The position numbers and the translations under genes were made by a program. From assembly GCA_024137785.1 (NCBI GenBank), contig JAHRHZ010000218.1:11818128-11882127 (forward strand): a DNA stretch of 64,000 bases. Direction: 5' to 3'. The stretch is from Ginglymostoma cirratum. Lineage: Eukaryota. The notes under the pieces were generated by a model. It was given only the letters and a program-made list of their open reading frames with translations. It did no database searches and was not told where the DNA came from. This document shows, one piece after another, positions 55,001 to 63,437 of the stretch; within the stretch, counting starts at the first letter, position 1; every line of letters begins with the position of its first letter.

Positions 55001-57583
55001 ACTGTTACATTTGTGTGTACAGCGTTCAACAAAGTATTATTATGGTTTTTAAAATAATTATAAGTGTAGTTGTTAATGTTGGAGAAACTTAACTGATCAA
55101 AATAAAAAGGTCTCAACGTGTTAGCTCTGTTTTCTAGAACTCTAGTCCCTCCAATTCCAATTAGAGAAAATACCATTCGAATATTCAGTGCCATTGATCT
55201 CATTCAATTTCTCTAATTCTTTGCAGTTCTTTGATCTTTGGCCCACCTGGAAAATCTAAAGGACCGATTCTTTTTTTTTATGGCTGTTTGCTGTTATGGG
55301 GTTATCCCACTTATTTTACACAGGTCAGTAACTGCAGATATGCTGAAGTGGCAGCCAGCTAGAGGTCAGCAACACATTCAATATTCTAAAAGAAATTGCT
55401 TCTTAATATAAGAAAGAGCTGCATTTTCTAACACCATATTTCACCAATACCCATAACTCTTGGGGGATTTCCATTTCAGTGTCTCATGGATGTACTGCCA
55501 TGGAAATCTCAGTATTGGCAAGGAATTATATTGACATGATCATCAATAATGAGGGAGCGGAGGATATGGGTTAGCTTTTGAGGCAGCAGAGTCAAGATGG
55601 ATTGCTTTTGCATTGGTATTCTATATCATTTGTTGTAGAAATTACATTGTATGTTGCAGACACACTTCCTGTGTTTGACCGACTGAAGAAGTGAGTAGAA
55701 GTCTGGCATCTCTCAGAAGAAGGAATGATAACTGGCCAACACACCATTCCAAACTGCCTACAGTAACTCCTTGTCACCCATTACAAAAGCAGCATGACAA
55801 AAAGGCATAGAACAGGTCAACTTCTTCCTAATTGCTGAGAGTTTTAGGTGAGGACAAAGAATCTTAAAAGGCTGTGGGGGAAGGGTGGAAGGAGACTAAG
55901 AAATAAGGGAGAAAGCCTATGTATATCTGAAACTCATGAATTCAGGGTATTCCAAAGTGCTTTACGGCTAATGTAATGCTTTTGAAGTGTAGCTATCTGA
56001 TAGGGCAGACAGGATCTCAGTTTTATGTCCTATCCAAAAGTCAAAGACATTGTAGTGAAGCCAGCCTCAGCACTGAAGTGAAATGGAAGCCCAGATTTTG
56101 TGCTTGAATCTCTTTAATAGGATTTGAAACCATGCTGAAAGGCAATAATGCTGCCACTAAGCTAAGGCTAACATACAATAAAATAAGGAAGGAAGTAATA
56201 CATGCAGCTAAATATGTAATTTTCTAATACTATGGCCTAATATGTTGAATGCTACGTAGAAAAGACATTTTGATTCATACACTGACATATCTTGTGTTTC
56301 AGATTTGATTATTTCACACTTTATTCATTAAGCCAGCATCACAGTTAGCTTGAAACAAAGACAGAAGGTGCTGGAGAAACTCAGCAGGTCTGACAGTGTC
56401 TGTGGTGAGGTACACACAGTTAATGTTTTGACATGATCCAAGCTGATAGTAATACTGGGCAAGTCAGACTTCTGAGTGAAACCTGAACTTGATAGGTCAC
56501 AAGTCGTTATAACAGTTTGGTTGCTGTGGAGACCAGTCATTAAACATATTCACACAAGGGTGCCACTAATTTTTTTAACAAAAGGAGGCAAGGTTATTAT
56601 ACGAAAGAACAATAAGTTATGTATCTAATAATTTAGAAGAAACAAAAGAAAGATTTAAACCTTTGACTATCAATATCCCTTACACTCCATTCCAGCAAAG
56701 CATCACCCTGAATGCATAAAAGCAAAACATTGCAGGTGCTGGAAATCTGAAATAAAAACAGAAAACATCAGAGGAATTCAGTAGCTGTTGCAGCATCTAT
56801 GGAGAGAGAAACAGAGTGAAGGTTTAGAGTGAACTGTGACTTCTTCAGAACTGAAAAGGGCTATAAAATTATGTTTTTTATGCTGTTGATTAAGGAGTAG
56901 GAAGACTGAGGGGAAAAGGTGGTAAGAATGCCCAGATCAAAAGACAACAGAATAGCCACGGTAGTAAAGGAAACACAGAGATGAGAAATAGGAATAAATG
57001 ATAGTTATGAAAAGGAGAAAATGGATCTGTTCTTCTGAGAGCAAAGCTAACAAAACACACATAAAAACCAGAAAATATGTCTATCTGAGCTTTTCTGCCA
57101 ATTTGACTAATGATCTAATTCAAAATGTCTTGCTACTTTACTGAACTGTGAAACCTATATCTTTTATTGTGAATAGAAATTGACAAGAGATCCCGTGAAT
57201 GGAAAATTAATTGTTAGAAATCATAGATATTTAATTATCAGTACACATAGATGGAATAAAGTATGCTAGGTAATAGCTGTAATTTCACAATTTTGTTTTC
57301 ACTATCTTTCCTTTTCCTGAATTAGAAAGTTTCTCAGTCAGTGCCGTAGATATTTGATTACATACATATCCAAGACAAGTCAATTAATCTGCTGGTAATG
57401 ACTTCAGTTGCTGTCTATTCTATTGCACAGATTGTCTCGATCTCCTTCAATAGGCTAATGACCTGCCATATCGCCTTCTTGGTCGGCAATGTACTGATGT
57501 GGTATCTATTTCTAAAAGCTTCCCTGATGGATCCTGGTTTCCTTCAAAGAGACAGTGAAGATTACAATCGTGCTCTTAGGCAG
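40..57583 (+). CDS. Ankyrin-repeat DHHC-type protein S-acyltransferase (palmitoyltransferase), Patsas-like / ZDHHC13-17-related; 7 exons in window, 3' part continues beyond
   Basis: join(40..185,601..1007,17394..17464,30975..31037,44876..45018,55227..55323,57431..57583) = 1080 nt, 360 codons, no stop. All introns GT-AG with compatible phases 2,1,0,0,2,0. Ankyrin repeats followed by TM segments and the DPG motif that precedes the DHHC-CRD. Confidence 0.9.
601..1007 (+). CDS. Ank-DHHC gene exon (ankyrin repeats)
   Basis: Acceptor ttcctatttccctgtag|G and donor AAAG|GTGAG. Encodes GHTLVHWAAL, QRPIHWAAVKGH, GCTPLIIASQHGH, GDNALHWAAFKG. Confidence 0.95.
3370..3815 (+). mobile_element. CR1-type LINE RT fragment (decayed)
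   Basis: Remnants of QxGFVKGxSCLT, VDVLYL..AFxKVPH and SGxxQGxxLGxQLFTIYxND motifs with stops and frameshifts. Confidence 0.75.
3820..4810 (-). mobile_element. CR1-type LINE 3' portion (decayed)
   Basis: Minus-strand MLAFISMGMEY...LYKASVRPQLEY..QFWAPYL and CR1 3' end sequence near 3820. Confidence 0.8.
4825..6090 (+). mobile_element. PIF/Harbinger-like DNA transposon relic
   Basis: Begins with ggctgaatctt, a terminus recurring in this window; decayed GVLPNL*LLSPNEERILTI resembles the Harbinger Myb/SANT ORF. Confidence 0.4.
6105..7596 (-). mobile_element. CR1-type LINE (decayed), interrupted by a SINE
   Basis: Reverse-strand RT motifs (YRPVRLTS, HGFIKGKSCLTNLLEFFE, DVVYADFQKAF) and CR1 3' end; homology continues to about 8070. 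Confidence 0.8.
7597..7918 (-). mobile_element. HE1-type V-SINE (tRNA-derived)
   Basis: Minus strand: gtggctcagtggttagcactg (A box), gggttcgattcc (B box), V-domain ggtgctccggtttcctcccacagtccaaaga, CR1-like tail. Confidence 0.9.
9480..10375 (+). mobile_element. CR1-type LINE 3' portion with nested Penelope pLTR fragment
   Basis: CR1 C-terminal coding remnants and 3' end ggggctgaatggcctactctgctcc. Confidence 0.75.
9745..9868 (+). mobile_element. Penelope-like pLTR 3' fragment with TSD
   Basis: Matches the pLTR of the 27.2-29.2 kb element; flanked by gaatatcttg at 9735-9744 and 9869-9878; hammerhead truncated at its 5' end. Confidence 0.85.
11503..11824 (-). mobile_element. HE1-type V-SINE (decayed)
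   Basis: Colinear with the 7597-7918 copy. Confidence 0.85.
12158..12250 (+). mobile_element. Young CR1 3' end fragment
   Basis: gggccgaagggcctgttctgcgctgtat followed by a (tgttcta)n tail; CpGs retained. Confidence 0.75.
12400..13235 (-). mobile_element. CR1-type LINE 3' portion (decayed)
   Basis: Reverse-strand LVRLHLEYCEQIWAPH and CR1 3' end near 12410. Confidence 0.8.
13487..13542. repeat. (CA)n/(CG)n microsatellite
   Basis: cacacgcgcgcgcgtgcacaaacacacacacacgcacacacgcacgcacacacac. Confidence 0.85.
13563..13668 (+). mobile_element. Old Penelope-like pLTR fragment (degenerate hammerhead)
   Basis: ttctgatataaggtcattgacccaaagcattaactc...cacagatgctgcctgatctgct, similar to the 38470-38570 tail. 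Related remnants at about 16365-16495 (+), 49655-49755 (-), 56352-56430 (-) and 56718-56855 (-). Confidence 0.6.
15130..15480 (-). mobile_element. LINE RT fragment (CR1/L2-like family with SacSINE1-type tail)
   Basis: Homologous to 33270-34200 (aagcttcttgagtgttg...caggcaagtg, ttccagcctctgacct). Confidence 0.6.
17394..17464 (+). CDS. Ank-DHHC gene exon (GHCELTRLLIYSGFNPRQPDDFGQ)
   Basis: tttttgacag|GA...CAG|GTAAGA. The phase-1 join completes the ankyrin repeat ALHWAAFKGHCELTRLLI. Confidence 0.92.
17955..18260 (+). mobile_element. CR1 ORF1 zinc-finger region relic
   Basis: RKCPQLEELKLYVLDFE remnant; similar to 63180-63437. Confidence 0.5.
18520..18785 (+). mobile_element. LINE RT fragment
   Basis: SNLADYHPISILSVIRKVMEG...QFGFRQGHSAPDLIT, typical of non-LTR RT domains 1-2. 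Confidence 0.85.
20793..20866. repeat. 39-bp tandem duplication
   Basis: aaattgtcaaacatgcccactgacaccacattaac at 20793 and 20832. Confidence 0.9.
23462..23580 (+). mobile_element. Short (about 120 bp) tRNA-derived SINE
   Basis: A-box-like gtggcatactggta, B box ggattcaagtccc, 3' end tgaacaggt..ttag(g)aaaatat. Homologues at 46503-46621, 32072-32265 and 47772-47812. Confidence 0.65.
23650..24822 (+). mobile_element. CR1/HER1-type LINE 3' 1.2 kb
   Basis: AVDIVYIDFSKAFDKVHM, QGLVLGPLLFIIY.NDLD, SKFADDTKIGGVVDSEEDY; frameshifts; 3' end ctgtgctgtatgactctatg. Confidence 0.92.
25130..25950 (-). mobile_element. Ty3/Gypsy integrase relic
   Basis: Minus-strand remnants FKDNQVLLPK, YCPGMNQDI (YWPGM), ATDAFTVHGEDYILVTNYFSKFPVV, SDN, GVTHITSSPSY..SN; many stops and frameshifts. 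Confidence 0.8.
27342..27377 (-). ncRNA. Minimal type I hammerhead ribozyme motif (Penelope pLTR)
   Basis: Minus strand: attt CTGATGA agggtctaggcct GAAA cGTC aagt. Confidence 0.75.
27576..27675. other. Assembly gap (100 N)
   Basis: Run of 100 N inside the left arm of the inverted Penelope element. Confidence 1.
29117..29152 (+). ncRNA. Minimal type I hammerhead ribozyme motif (Penelope pLTR)
   Basis: attt CTGATGA a gggt-ttag-gccc GAAA cGTC aagt: intact core, stem II, ACGT palindrome in stem III, GUC site at 29146-29148. Confidence 0.8.
29767..29977. mobile_element. Mini inverted Penelope pLTR insertion with hammerhead motif
   Basis: Two inverted pLTR arms; TSD gttatcccttcag(c/t)ttac at 29749-29766 and 29978-29995; CTGAAGA..GAAACGTC at 29892-29919 (+). 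Confidence 0.85.
30156..30400. mobile_element. Mini inverted Penelope pLTR insertion with two hammerhead motifs
   Basis: Inverted arms; TSD ataattgatacaatga at 30140-30155 and 30401-30416; motifs at 30220-30247 (-) and 30274-30301 (+). Confidence 0.88.
30596..30660. mobile_element. 65-bp inverted Penelope pLTR remnant
   Basis: Reverse tail gagataataggtactgcagat plus forward gcttggcctgctgtgttcatccagctccacaccttgttatc; TSD tggcaaaattatga at 30582-30595 and 30661-30674. Confidence 0.85.
30975..31037 (+). CDS. Ank-DHHC gene exon (TPLHLAILSGDLLTVQMLCEQ)
   Basis: tctttgttttccag|ACA...CAG|GTAAGT; canonical ankyrin TPLHLA motif; phase 0/0. Confidence 0.93.
31555..31733 (+). repeat. Diverged local duplicate of 29657-29829
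   Basis: ttttac.tcctgtcagatgtaaagtaaa...ggattaaagttatcccttcag.ttactc...gctgaaggaac occurs at both loci. Confidence 0.9.
32072..32265 (-). mobile_element. Two adjacent copies of the short tRNA-SINE
   Basis: ttttctaatcaacct...ggagcag.tgggacttg occurs twice; reverse complement of the 46503 element. Confidence 0.7.
32290..32402 (-). mobile_element. SacSINE1-like SINE head (decayed)
   Basis: Minus strand: gaggtagtggtttaatg..actaatccaga..ctaaggctctg..gtgaaatttaaattc; family assignment from recall. Confidence 0.5.
33270..34200 (-). mobile_element. LINE 3' portion (family sharing its tail with 52075-52390)
   Basis: Reverse-strand RT C-terminal remnants; the tail is the reverse complement of the 52075-52390 sequence. 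Confidence 0.7.
34676..34886 (+). mobile_element. Two adjacent Penelope pLTR fragments, each starting at a hammerhead motif
   Basis: Copy 1 (motif 34680-34707) is flanked by atccaaaccca repeats; copy 2 (motif 34796-34823) by tatcttgt(t/g)catt repeats. Confidence 0.85.
35560..35752 (-). mobile_element. CR1/HER1 3' end
   Basis: tagagtcatacaacacggaaacagaccctttggtccaac is the reverse of the CR1 3' terminus. Confidence 0.8.
36245..36785 (-). mobile_element. CR1-type LINE 3' portion (decayed)
   Basis: Reverse-strand RTRGYRFKLI..RSKRDL; further CR1 fragment at about 35985-36230 (+). Confidence 0.65.
37098..38572. mobile_element. Second Penelope-like element with inverted arms (RT C-terminal part + GIY-YIG + pLTR)
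   Basis: Minus arm: YIDG (decayed YIDD), ENFINFASNFH..LTFTWSISDSSLPFL, YLDYTSSHP. Plus arm: NLVYCIRCSQCGLLYIGETK...LNIEF. pLTR hammerhead-like CTGAGGA..GAAATGTTA at 38477-38507. Confidence 0.9.
39050..39283 (-). mobile_element. Gypsy-type LTR with adjacent polypurine tract
   Basis: Minus strand: aaagggtgaggga|TGTAGTGATTGTAATGAGG...tttcaCA; related partial LTRs at 42595-42735 (-) and 42955-43058 (+). Confidence 0.6.
40010..40121 (-). mobile_element. Penelope pLTR tail fragment
   Basis: Nearly colinear with the left arm of the 29767 insertion. Confidence 0.8.
40480..40919 (+). mobile_element. CR1 LINE 3' end
   Basis: RRMRGDLI..., TRGHRLKIKG..RTEVRKNFFTQRVVNLWNSLP; tail ttcttatgttcttatg. Confidence 0.9.
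43150..43403 (+). mobile_element. Second-family Penelope-like pLTR (CCAAT, TATA, degenerate hammerhead)
   Basis: Homologous to 62393-62640; tgtccagatgagtgcaacatgagaagcttc at 43341-43370. Confidence 0.55.
44876..45018 (+). CDS. Ank-DHHC gene exon (last ankyrin repeat, CGVELETEDKRGNTPLKLARECQYKDIIAHLE...PRFDW)
   Basis: attgcag|TGT...GAG|GTAATG; ankyrin DxxGxTPLxLA; phase 0/2. Not in the ORF track. Confidence 0.92.
46503..46621 (+). mobile_element. Short tRNA-derived SINE
   Basis: tgtggtgcagtgatagt (A box), ggttcaagtccc (B box), ends ctgaacaggttgattagaaaatatc. Confidence 0.7.
49040..49277 (-). mobile_element. CR1 3' end
   Basis: ggagcaggagtaggccgttcagccc and agaattccacaggttcacc are CR1 3' terminal motifs in reverse. 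Confidence 0.75.
49950..52015. mobile_element. PIF/Harbinger-like relic (Myb/SANT ORF remnants on +)
   Basis: FRKRVSDIMQSAL|gtaa (QCRKRxNDL-like) near 50110-50150 and FTPEVEDVL*IAG near 50470-50510. Confidence 0.45.
52075..52390 (+). mobile_element. LINE 3' end with SacSINE1-type tail
   Basis: ...ggcagctcattaccaccttcacaagggca...gggcaataaatactggcctagccagcgac..acatcccatgattgaataaa; isolated tails also at about 59660-59725 and 59783-59872. Confidence 0.75.
53185..53650 (+). mobile_element. CR1 LINE 3' end
   Basis: QRKFARMLPGLESFSYEERLDK.RLFSLE..RLRGDLIEVYKI; tail (tgtat)n. Confidence 0.9.
53870..54120 (-). mobile_element. Harbinger-type Myb/SANT-like ORF relic
   Basis: FPKNGRR....KTKQKWLE.A..MSGR....RT followed by frameshifted WIQCRK; typical of MSANTD/NAIF1-like Harbinger ORFs. 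Confidence 0.55.
54125..54900 (-). mobile_element. CR1-type LINE fragment (decayed)
   Basis: Reverse-strand DDTKIG, FNPEKCEVMHFGRSNK, NY.PVS remnants. Confidence 0.75.
55227..55323 (+). CDS. Ank-DHHC gene exon (SLIFGPPGKSKGPILFFYGCLLLWGYPTYFTQ; TM helix)
   Basis: ttctttgcag|T...CAG|GTCAGT; phase 2/0; hydrophobic segment. Not in the ORF track. Confidence 0.9.
55950..56173 (-). mobile_element. Old tRNA-derived SINE (DeuSINE/LmeSINE-like), decayed
   Basis: Minus strand: ttagcttagtggcagcatt...ggtttcaaatcc...caagcacaaaatctggg; family assignment tentative. Confidence 0.45.
57431..57583 (+). CDS. Ank-DHHC gene exon (TM helix + DPG motif: HIAFLVGNVLMWYLFLKASLMDPGFL)
   Basis: tattgcacag|ATT...CAG|GTATAA; phase 0/0; DPG motif of DHHC enzymes. 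Confidence 0.92.
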
Positions 57584-57904
57584 GTATAACTCCCAACATT
57601 TCTTCTCTGCCAAGGAAATTGTATCTTGCAGAAAATTCCCAGCACTATTTCATTCATGTCCAAAGGATGTCACAGTTTATGTTTCTAAGTACTGTGAGTA
57701 TCTGCATCCATACAGACCAGAAAAAAGTGTGCTGTAAGTATTTAAAGCAAATTTTACTTTTGCAGTATTTGGTGCAATATTACAGTAATGGTGAGAGAGT
57801 GAGTTAAATATTTATCTCATTCAAACTGTGAAAAGAATATCACTTTCTAGCAGGTGAAAATAATCTTAAAATACTGATTGCTTCTCAGCTGCAATTGACT
57901 CAAT

Positions 57905-58243
57905 ATCACAAAATCCCTACAGTGTGGAAGCAGATCATTAGGCCCATTGAGTCCACACTGATTTTTCGAAGAGCATTCCACCCAGACCCATGCCGCCCCG
58001 TAACCCTGCATTTCCCATGGCTAATCCATCTAGTCTGCACATCCCAGGACACTATAGACAATTTAGCATGGCCTATCCACCTAACCTGCACATCTTTGGA
58101 CTGTGGGAGAAAACCAGAGCACCCAGAGGAAACCTATGCAGACGCAGGGAGAATGTGCAAACTCTTACACAGACTTCCTGGGTAGTATCGAATCTAGGTC
58201 CCTGGCGCTGTGAGGCAACAGTGCTAACAAGTAAACCACCATG
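57905..58243 (-). mobile_element. HE1-type V-SINE
   Basis: Colinear with the 7597-7918 copy. Confidence 0.88.
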
Positions 58244-59104
58244 CTAACCTGAGAAATATATTCCAAGAAATCTTGCATTATGTTTAACTATTGTATTTAG
58301 ATATTGTGGATAAGAAAGTAGGCAATTCAAATCCAAGTACCAACACTGCATCCCGTTGTGTAATACTGTTGTTGTTATAAACAGAAAATCATTCAATTTA
58401 CCATGGTTGACCTGAAGAATTATACTTTTCTAAGAAAAGAAAGTCAGCCATTTAACACTGGGTACATCAATGTATAGCATTTTGCAACCTATAAAGTTCC
58501 CTGTCGAAAATTAATTACATTTTAACCAGGGTTTGTAATTTCTGAACATTAATCAAATTGTGAGGATTTAGAAGTATGTAGATCCACTTTAAAAACCAAG
58601 TAATGCATGGTACATTACACAGACTAATACTATAGTCCCTATGGAACAGTATAGCATAAGCAATGACACAAGTGTATGTAAGTGTATGCATACTTGCATG
58701 CACAGCTGCATGGAGATGAAATTTGGGTTGACACACCAATCATCTGGTTAGCACGTGTTGAAGGTGAAAATTATCTTCAATGTGTTTATTATTTTCTGTA
58801 AGACATCAAATCAAAGTAAAACAAGAGTTTTTTCAACTTTTCTCTGGGGTATTTTTTCAGAAAACATATTGTTACTATATTTGGCAGGTCATTGACAATC
58901 TACATGACAAGTAAGCTTTCAACTTTGAATTTAAACATTATTTAATCTACCAGGAAGATATAGATTAAAGAGGTATGATTACAGGAAAAGTTTTGACTAA
59001 TACTGATACAATGCCACTGATGTTTTGTAAGGAAGGAAAGATTAAAATAATTTAATCCTATATTTAACAGATTTCTTGGTATTATTGCAAATGAGATGGA
59101 TTAT

Positions 59105-59660
59105 AACAGGGAACTTTGCCCTCAACATTAGTGAGACAACATTTGGTGTAATGTGTACAATTTTAGTTTCCTTACTGAAAGAAGGATACAATTAGACGAA
59201 GTTCAGAGAAGATCCACTAGGCTGATACCTTTTATAGAATAGTTGTCTTACAGTGAAAGGTTGAGCAGTTTGGTCTCACAGCAGTTTGGTAGAATAACAG
59301 GTGATCTTATTGAAATATAAGATTCTGTGGAGACAATGTTTCCTTTCATTGGAGATCTGGAACTAGGGAGGCACAGCTTGACAATAAAGGATCTTCCACG
59401 AAAGACTGAGATGAGGAGGAATTTCATCTGTCAGAGGGTTGTTAGTTTTTGAGATTCTCTTTCCCAGATAGCAGTGGAGGCTGAGTGTTTTAATATATTC
59501 AAAACTAAATTAAACAGATTGGCAAGGATGGCAAGAGTTATGGGGTAAGCAGGAAAGTGGAGTCAAGGCCTCAATCAGATCAGCCTTGATTTTATTGAAT
59601 GTGGTGTGGGTTCAATGGGCTGAACGGCATTCTTCTATTCCTGTTTCTTAAGTCCTTATG
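59105..59660 (+). mobile_element. CR1 LINE 3' portion (decayed)
   Basis: gaactagggga..cacag, gagatgaggaggaatttc..tcagagggt and 3' end gggctgaacggc. Confidence 0.75.
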
Positions 59661-60479
59661 ATTAATTAGGCAATAGATGTTGGACTTGTCAGTGACTCTC
59701 ACATCCCAAGTACAAATGTATAAAAAAGCTGCAAATCAAAAACCAAAACACCATGATAGCAAAATTCACTACCCATAACACCAGCTCACCACAACCTTGT
59801 CTAGGCAACTACGGACAGGCAACAAATGCTGACCAGCCAGAATGCCCAGGTCCCACGAGTGAATAAAAAAAAGTTTCAACATTTGTTCTGTTGCAGACGA
59901 CTTCTGATATGCCATTTTGTTGAGATCCTTTAGCTAAGCATTGTTTGATTGTGTCATGATTGTCAGTGTCGGATGCTGCTATGACATCTGATCTGCTATT
60001 TTGAGCTTTAATTTTCCAATTAGACCATAAAACCAGAAGAAATAGGTGCAGGAGTAGACCATTCGGTCTCTTGAGTTTTGATGTCCTGTTGTAGACGTGT
60101 ACAGCTGAAAATGCATTGAACAGCGCAAGGAACCTCCATCAGTACAAGGCATCACTGTACACCTTGCAGGTTCATTGCTTTTTTATTATCTATCTGCTCT
60201 TGCTGAGTTAGTGGAAGTTCTGGTTTATGGTGAAATTATAAAAAGTTGGTTACATTTGGAAAAAGGGTCTGTGCTGTCTTTGTAAAAGTGAATACATTGC
60301 TTTTTCCCAGCCGTACACTATATTTACATTCCTCATTTGGCTGGATGTCACAGGGGCCTGAAGCAGAGACAGAAGTGAAGAAAAGCTGCTCACAGAGAGA
60401 GGATGGGAAGGGTTCGCAACCCAGGACCTTACCGCCTAGGTTCTGCAATGAGCATTTCTCCCAACTGCATCTAGGTCAG

Positions 60480-60890
60480 GATAAGTCTGTTTAGTGACTG
60501 TGTTTTACCAAGGAAGTGGTCACAGAAATGTGTCACCCTTTTGAGTTAGACATACAGCTTCAGAACGGGGAGATGAGATGCTGCCAGTGACTACGCTCCT
60601 GAACATTTTCTCAAAAGCTGATCCTTTCAGGCATGAACAGATGACACAGCAAACCTCTTGCAGTTCCCCAACCATCACTGCATCTGGCAGGTCACAGAGG
60701 CACTGTACACTAAGGCAGGAGATTCATTACCTTCTGTCTGAACAGAGAGAGAAACAGGGAGACCGAAAAGGTGGCTTTCCCAGGATATCAGGCTTCGCCA
60801 TGGTGCAGAAAAGCCATGGATTGTATCATGTCACTTTGCAAATGCTGAGGCTCAATGGTGAGATGTACTGGAACCATAAGCGGAGAAGCT
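60480..60890 (+). mobile_element. HARBI1-like DDE transposase relic
   Basis: VVTEMCH..., RISGFAMVQ followed by frameshifted AMDC (cf. IAGFPxVQGAIDCTH), ...YWNHKR (cf. YxNRKG). Confidence 0.6.
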
Positions 60891-62392
60891 AAGGAAGATA
60901 AAGTGGAGAAAACTTAACAGGCAAGAATTAGAACAAAAGTAGTAATATTTAAAAGGAGGCTAAGAGCTCACAATAAATATATTCCACTAAAGCCAAGTCA
61001 AGATTGTGATGACATGGAAAAATAAAAAGCTGAGGAGAGAGGTGAATCTACATAAGAAAGCAAAATCAAAGGATATAAATAATAAAAATAGGATGAAAGG
61101 AAATATGATCATTTCAGAAAAGGGATTGAAAATATGACAGTTCTATTCCATAATTTCTTTGTATAGAAGCCAGATCCATTGTCTGGTGATGTTTAATCTT
61201 GATGCAGTTACTTGGCAGTTTTCGTCAGTTTGTGATTTGCCGTTGCCTTCCACTGTGAGGGCAGGGCAAAAAGGCAGCTCCTGAGCCTACCAGAGTCAGA
61301 ACAGGAATTAAACTGATACTGCAGGCATTTTTCTGAATCACACCAGCCATCTAGCCAACTGAGCTAGTATGCCCAATCAGAAATTGGAAAATGGAAAGAT
61401 TGAATATTATGAAAAGAATGTCTAATCTTATAATTTAAACTTTTGAATAAAATATTAATACCATCTGCTAACAGATAACAGATTTAAAAATAAATGCAGC
61501 TGGATATGAGCTATATTTATCTTCTAAGGGTGCTTAACACTCATTTAAGAATGAGTTTGATGCCAGGTTGTTTGATACGGCTGGACACAGATCAACCTTG
61601 ATACTCAGTCAAGGTCTTTAATAATGTATTCTCAAAGGTCACTGCAGTTCAAATAAATGAGTCAAGCTGTCCCATAAATATAAATAAGTTTCACTCATTT
61701 TAATTGTGAAAATTGCAGCAGTGTTATCTGAACAATTTCAGGGTGCACTAGCCGCTTAGGACCAAACTAAAAGAAGCAAGATATTGTTCCATCTTTTCTG
61801 TCATTTAACTTGCAGATCACAAGGCAATTCTCAGATATAAAGATTGTAAAACTTACTGTTTCAGAATGATATTAAATCAAACTTACTTTCTAAACCAACA
61901 TCAGGATATTTACAATATTTGTCTTACTTTACAAACATACAGTTGTAGCGTCACAGGGGCCAAATGACTTATGGATTTGGAACTATATTGCATTGAGTTC
62001 AGCAACTTCCAAATCATTGAAAACACAAGCATCAGTTGCAGTACGAAACATCTGATAAAGAATTGAACCTGTCAAATTTCGCCTTTCCTTCACAGAATAT
62101 GTTGACATCTTGTTGGGATAAATTTCCACAGCACTCTAGTTCCTGGCCAATATTCATCTATGGGCCTGAATGGTGAGAGTTATAGGTTATTTGAATGTGA
62201 GAGGTATCACGCTTAAACCTGATCTGACTGTCGCTGACATCTGTACATGCAGTATTTTCTGCCAAAATTACTAGACTGAAATCAGGAGCAAGTGACATGA
62301 CTGGATATTCTCATTCCACAGCCCAGAAAAACAAATACACACACTGTGCCTGTTTCAACTAAACAAAGTGACAACAATTCATTTCACAATGC

Positions 62393-62640
62393 ATTGACCA
62401 ATCAGAGTCAACTTACCCAGCTTAAAATTTAAACAAAACTTGGCAGTTAATTGTTGATCGTCATTATCTTATGCATTCTTGACAACACATTTACCAACCA
62501 AAGTCCTCTTGCCAACCACTCAGCACTGTCCTCTCAGTATAAATGTTGTTTTCACTTAGGTATTTCTTGTGAATTGTCCTGATGAGCGCAAGATGAAGAC
62601 CTTTGACAAACTTTGTCTTTTTTCAGTAATAACCAAGTTC
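62393..62640 (+). mobile_element. Second-family Penelope-like pLTR (CCAAT, TATA, degenerate hammerhead)
   Basis: gaccaatcagagtcaactt..., gtataaatgttgttttc, tgtc CTGATGA gcgcaagat GAAG accttt gaca at 62575-62608. Confidence 0.6.
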
Positions 62641-63179
62641 TGTACAATCAAATACCTATATAAATAGTTTAGTGAATTATAGAGTAGCTTTTATTGATTT
62701 TGTTACTCATCATTCCTGTGAAGGTGTTGCTGTCCTTCAATTTTCAAGTCAGAAGCAGTGCCTTTGCTGTGATGCTAATACTTAAGTTGTACCAAATACA
62801 TCTCCTGAGACCTTTTGACTCAGAGCTGGTACAAGCTCCTGACAAAATGATGATGTTTAAACTTTCTGACTTCATTTATACAGTATGCAGACATCTGATT
62901 AGCCCTCCTTTGGTCCAAGGAGTATAACACATTAATCTTCTATTACTGCATAATGATTATATTATTTTGATAATTGCAAGGTAGACTACCTCTGGCTAAT
63001 CCGGATAATTTGTTTGGGGTGATCAAGACCAGAGCAAAAAAGGAATTTCTATGGGTATTAGCTGTTTGGAATTTCTAGAAGGCATTTGATAAAGCTCCTC
63101 ACAAGCAACTTTTAGCAAAAGTGAAATGCAAGGAATTTCAGCAAACTTAATACATGGATTGGTAATTTACTATGACAAA

Positions 63180-63437
63180 GAAGGCAGTTACCCAATTCCT
63201 ATTTACCTGCTTTCCCCTTCTCTGTTGTGTAACCACCTCTCTAAATCTGTTATCCACATAGTTCTCTGCTTTGTAGTTACAAATTAGTAACTCCAGCTGT
63301 TGTCTCCAATGCCATTGTTCAAGCTTGAGCAGCCAATGAGATTTTCTGCAAGTGGGTTCGTCTAGGTCACATGAAATGTTGGTGATTTCCCACATGCCAC
63401 AGGACAGGCATTTGACTTGGCAAAACTGTCTTGCCAT
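63180..63437 (-). mobile_element. CR1 ORF1 N-terminal zinc-finger relic
   Basis: CLSCGMWE.......EPTCRKS.WLLKLE: the CxxCxMWE...CxKC plus coiled-coil pattern of CR1 ORF1; abuts a + strand CR1 RT fragment at about 63010-63180. Confidence 0.7.
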
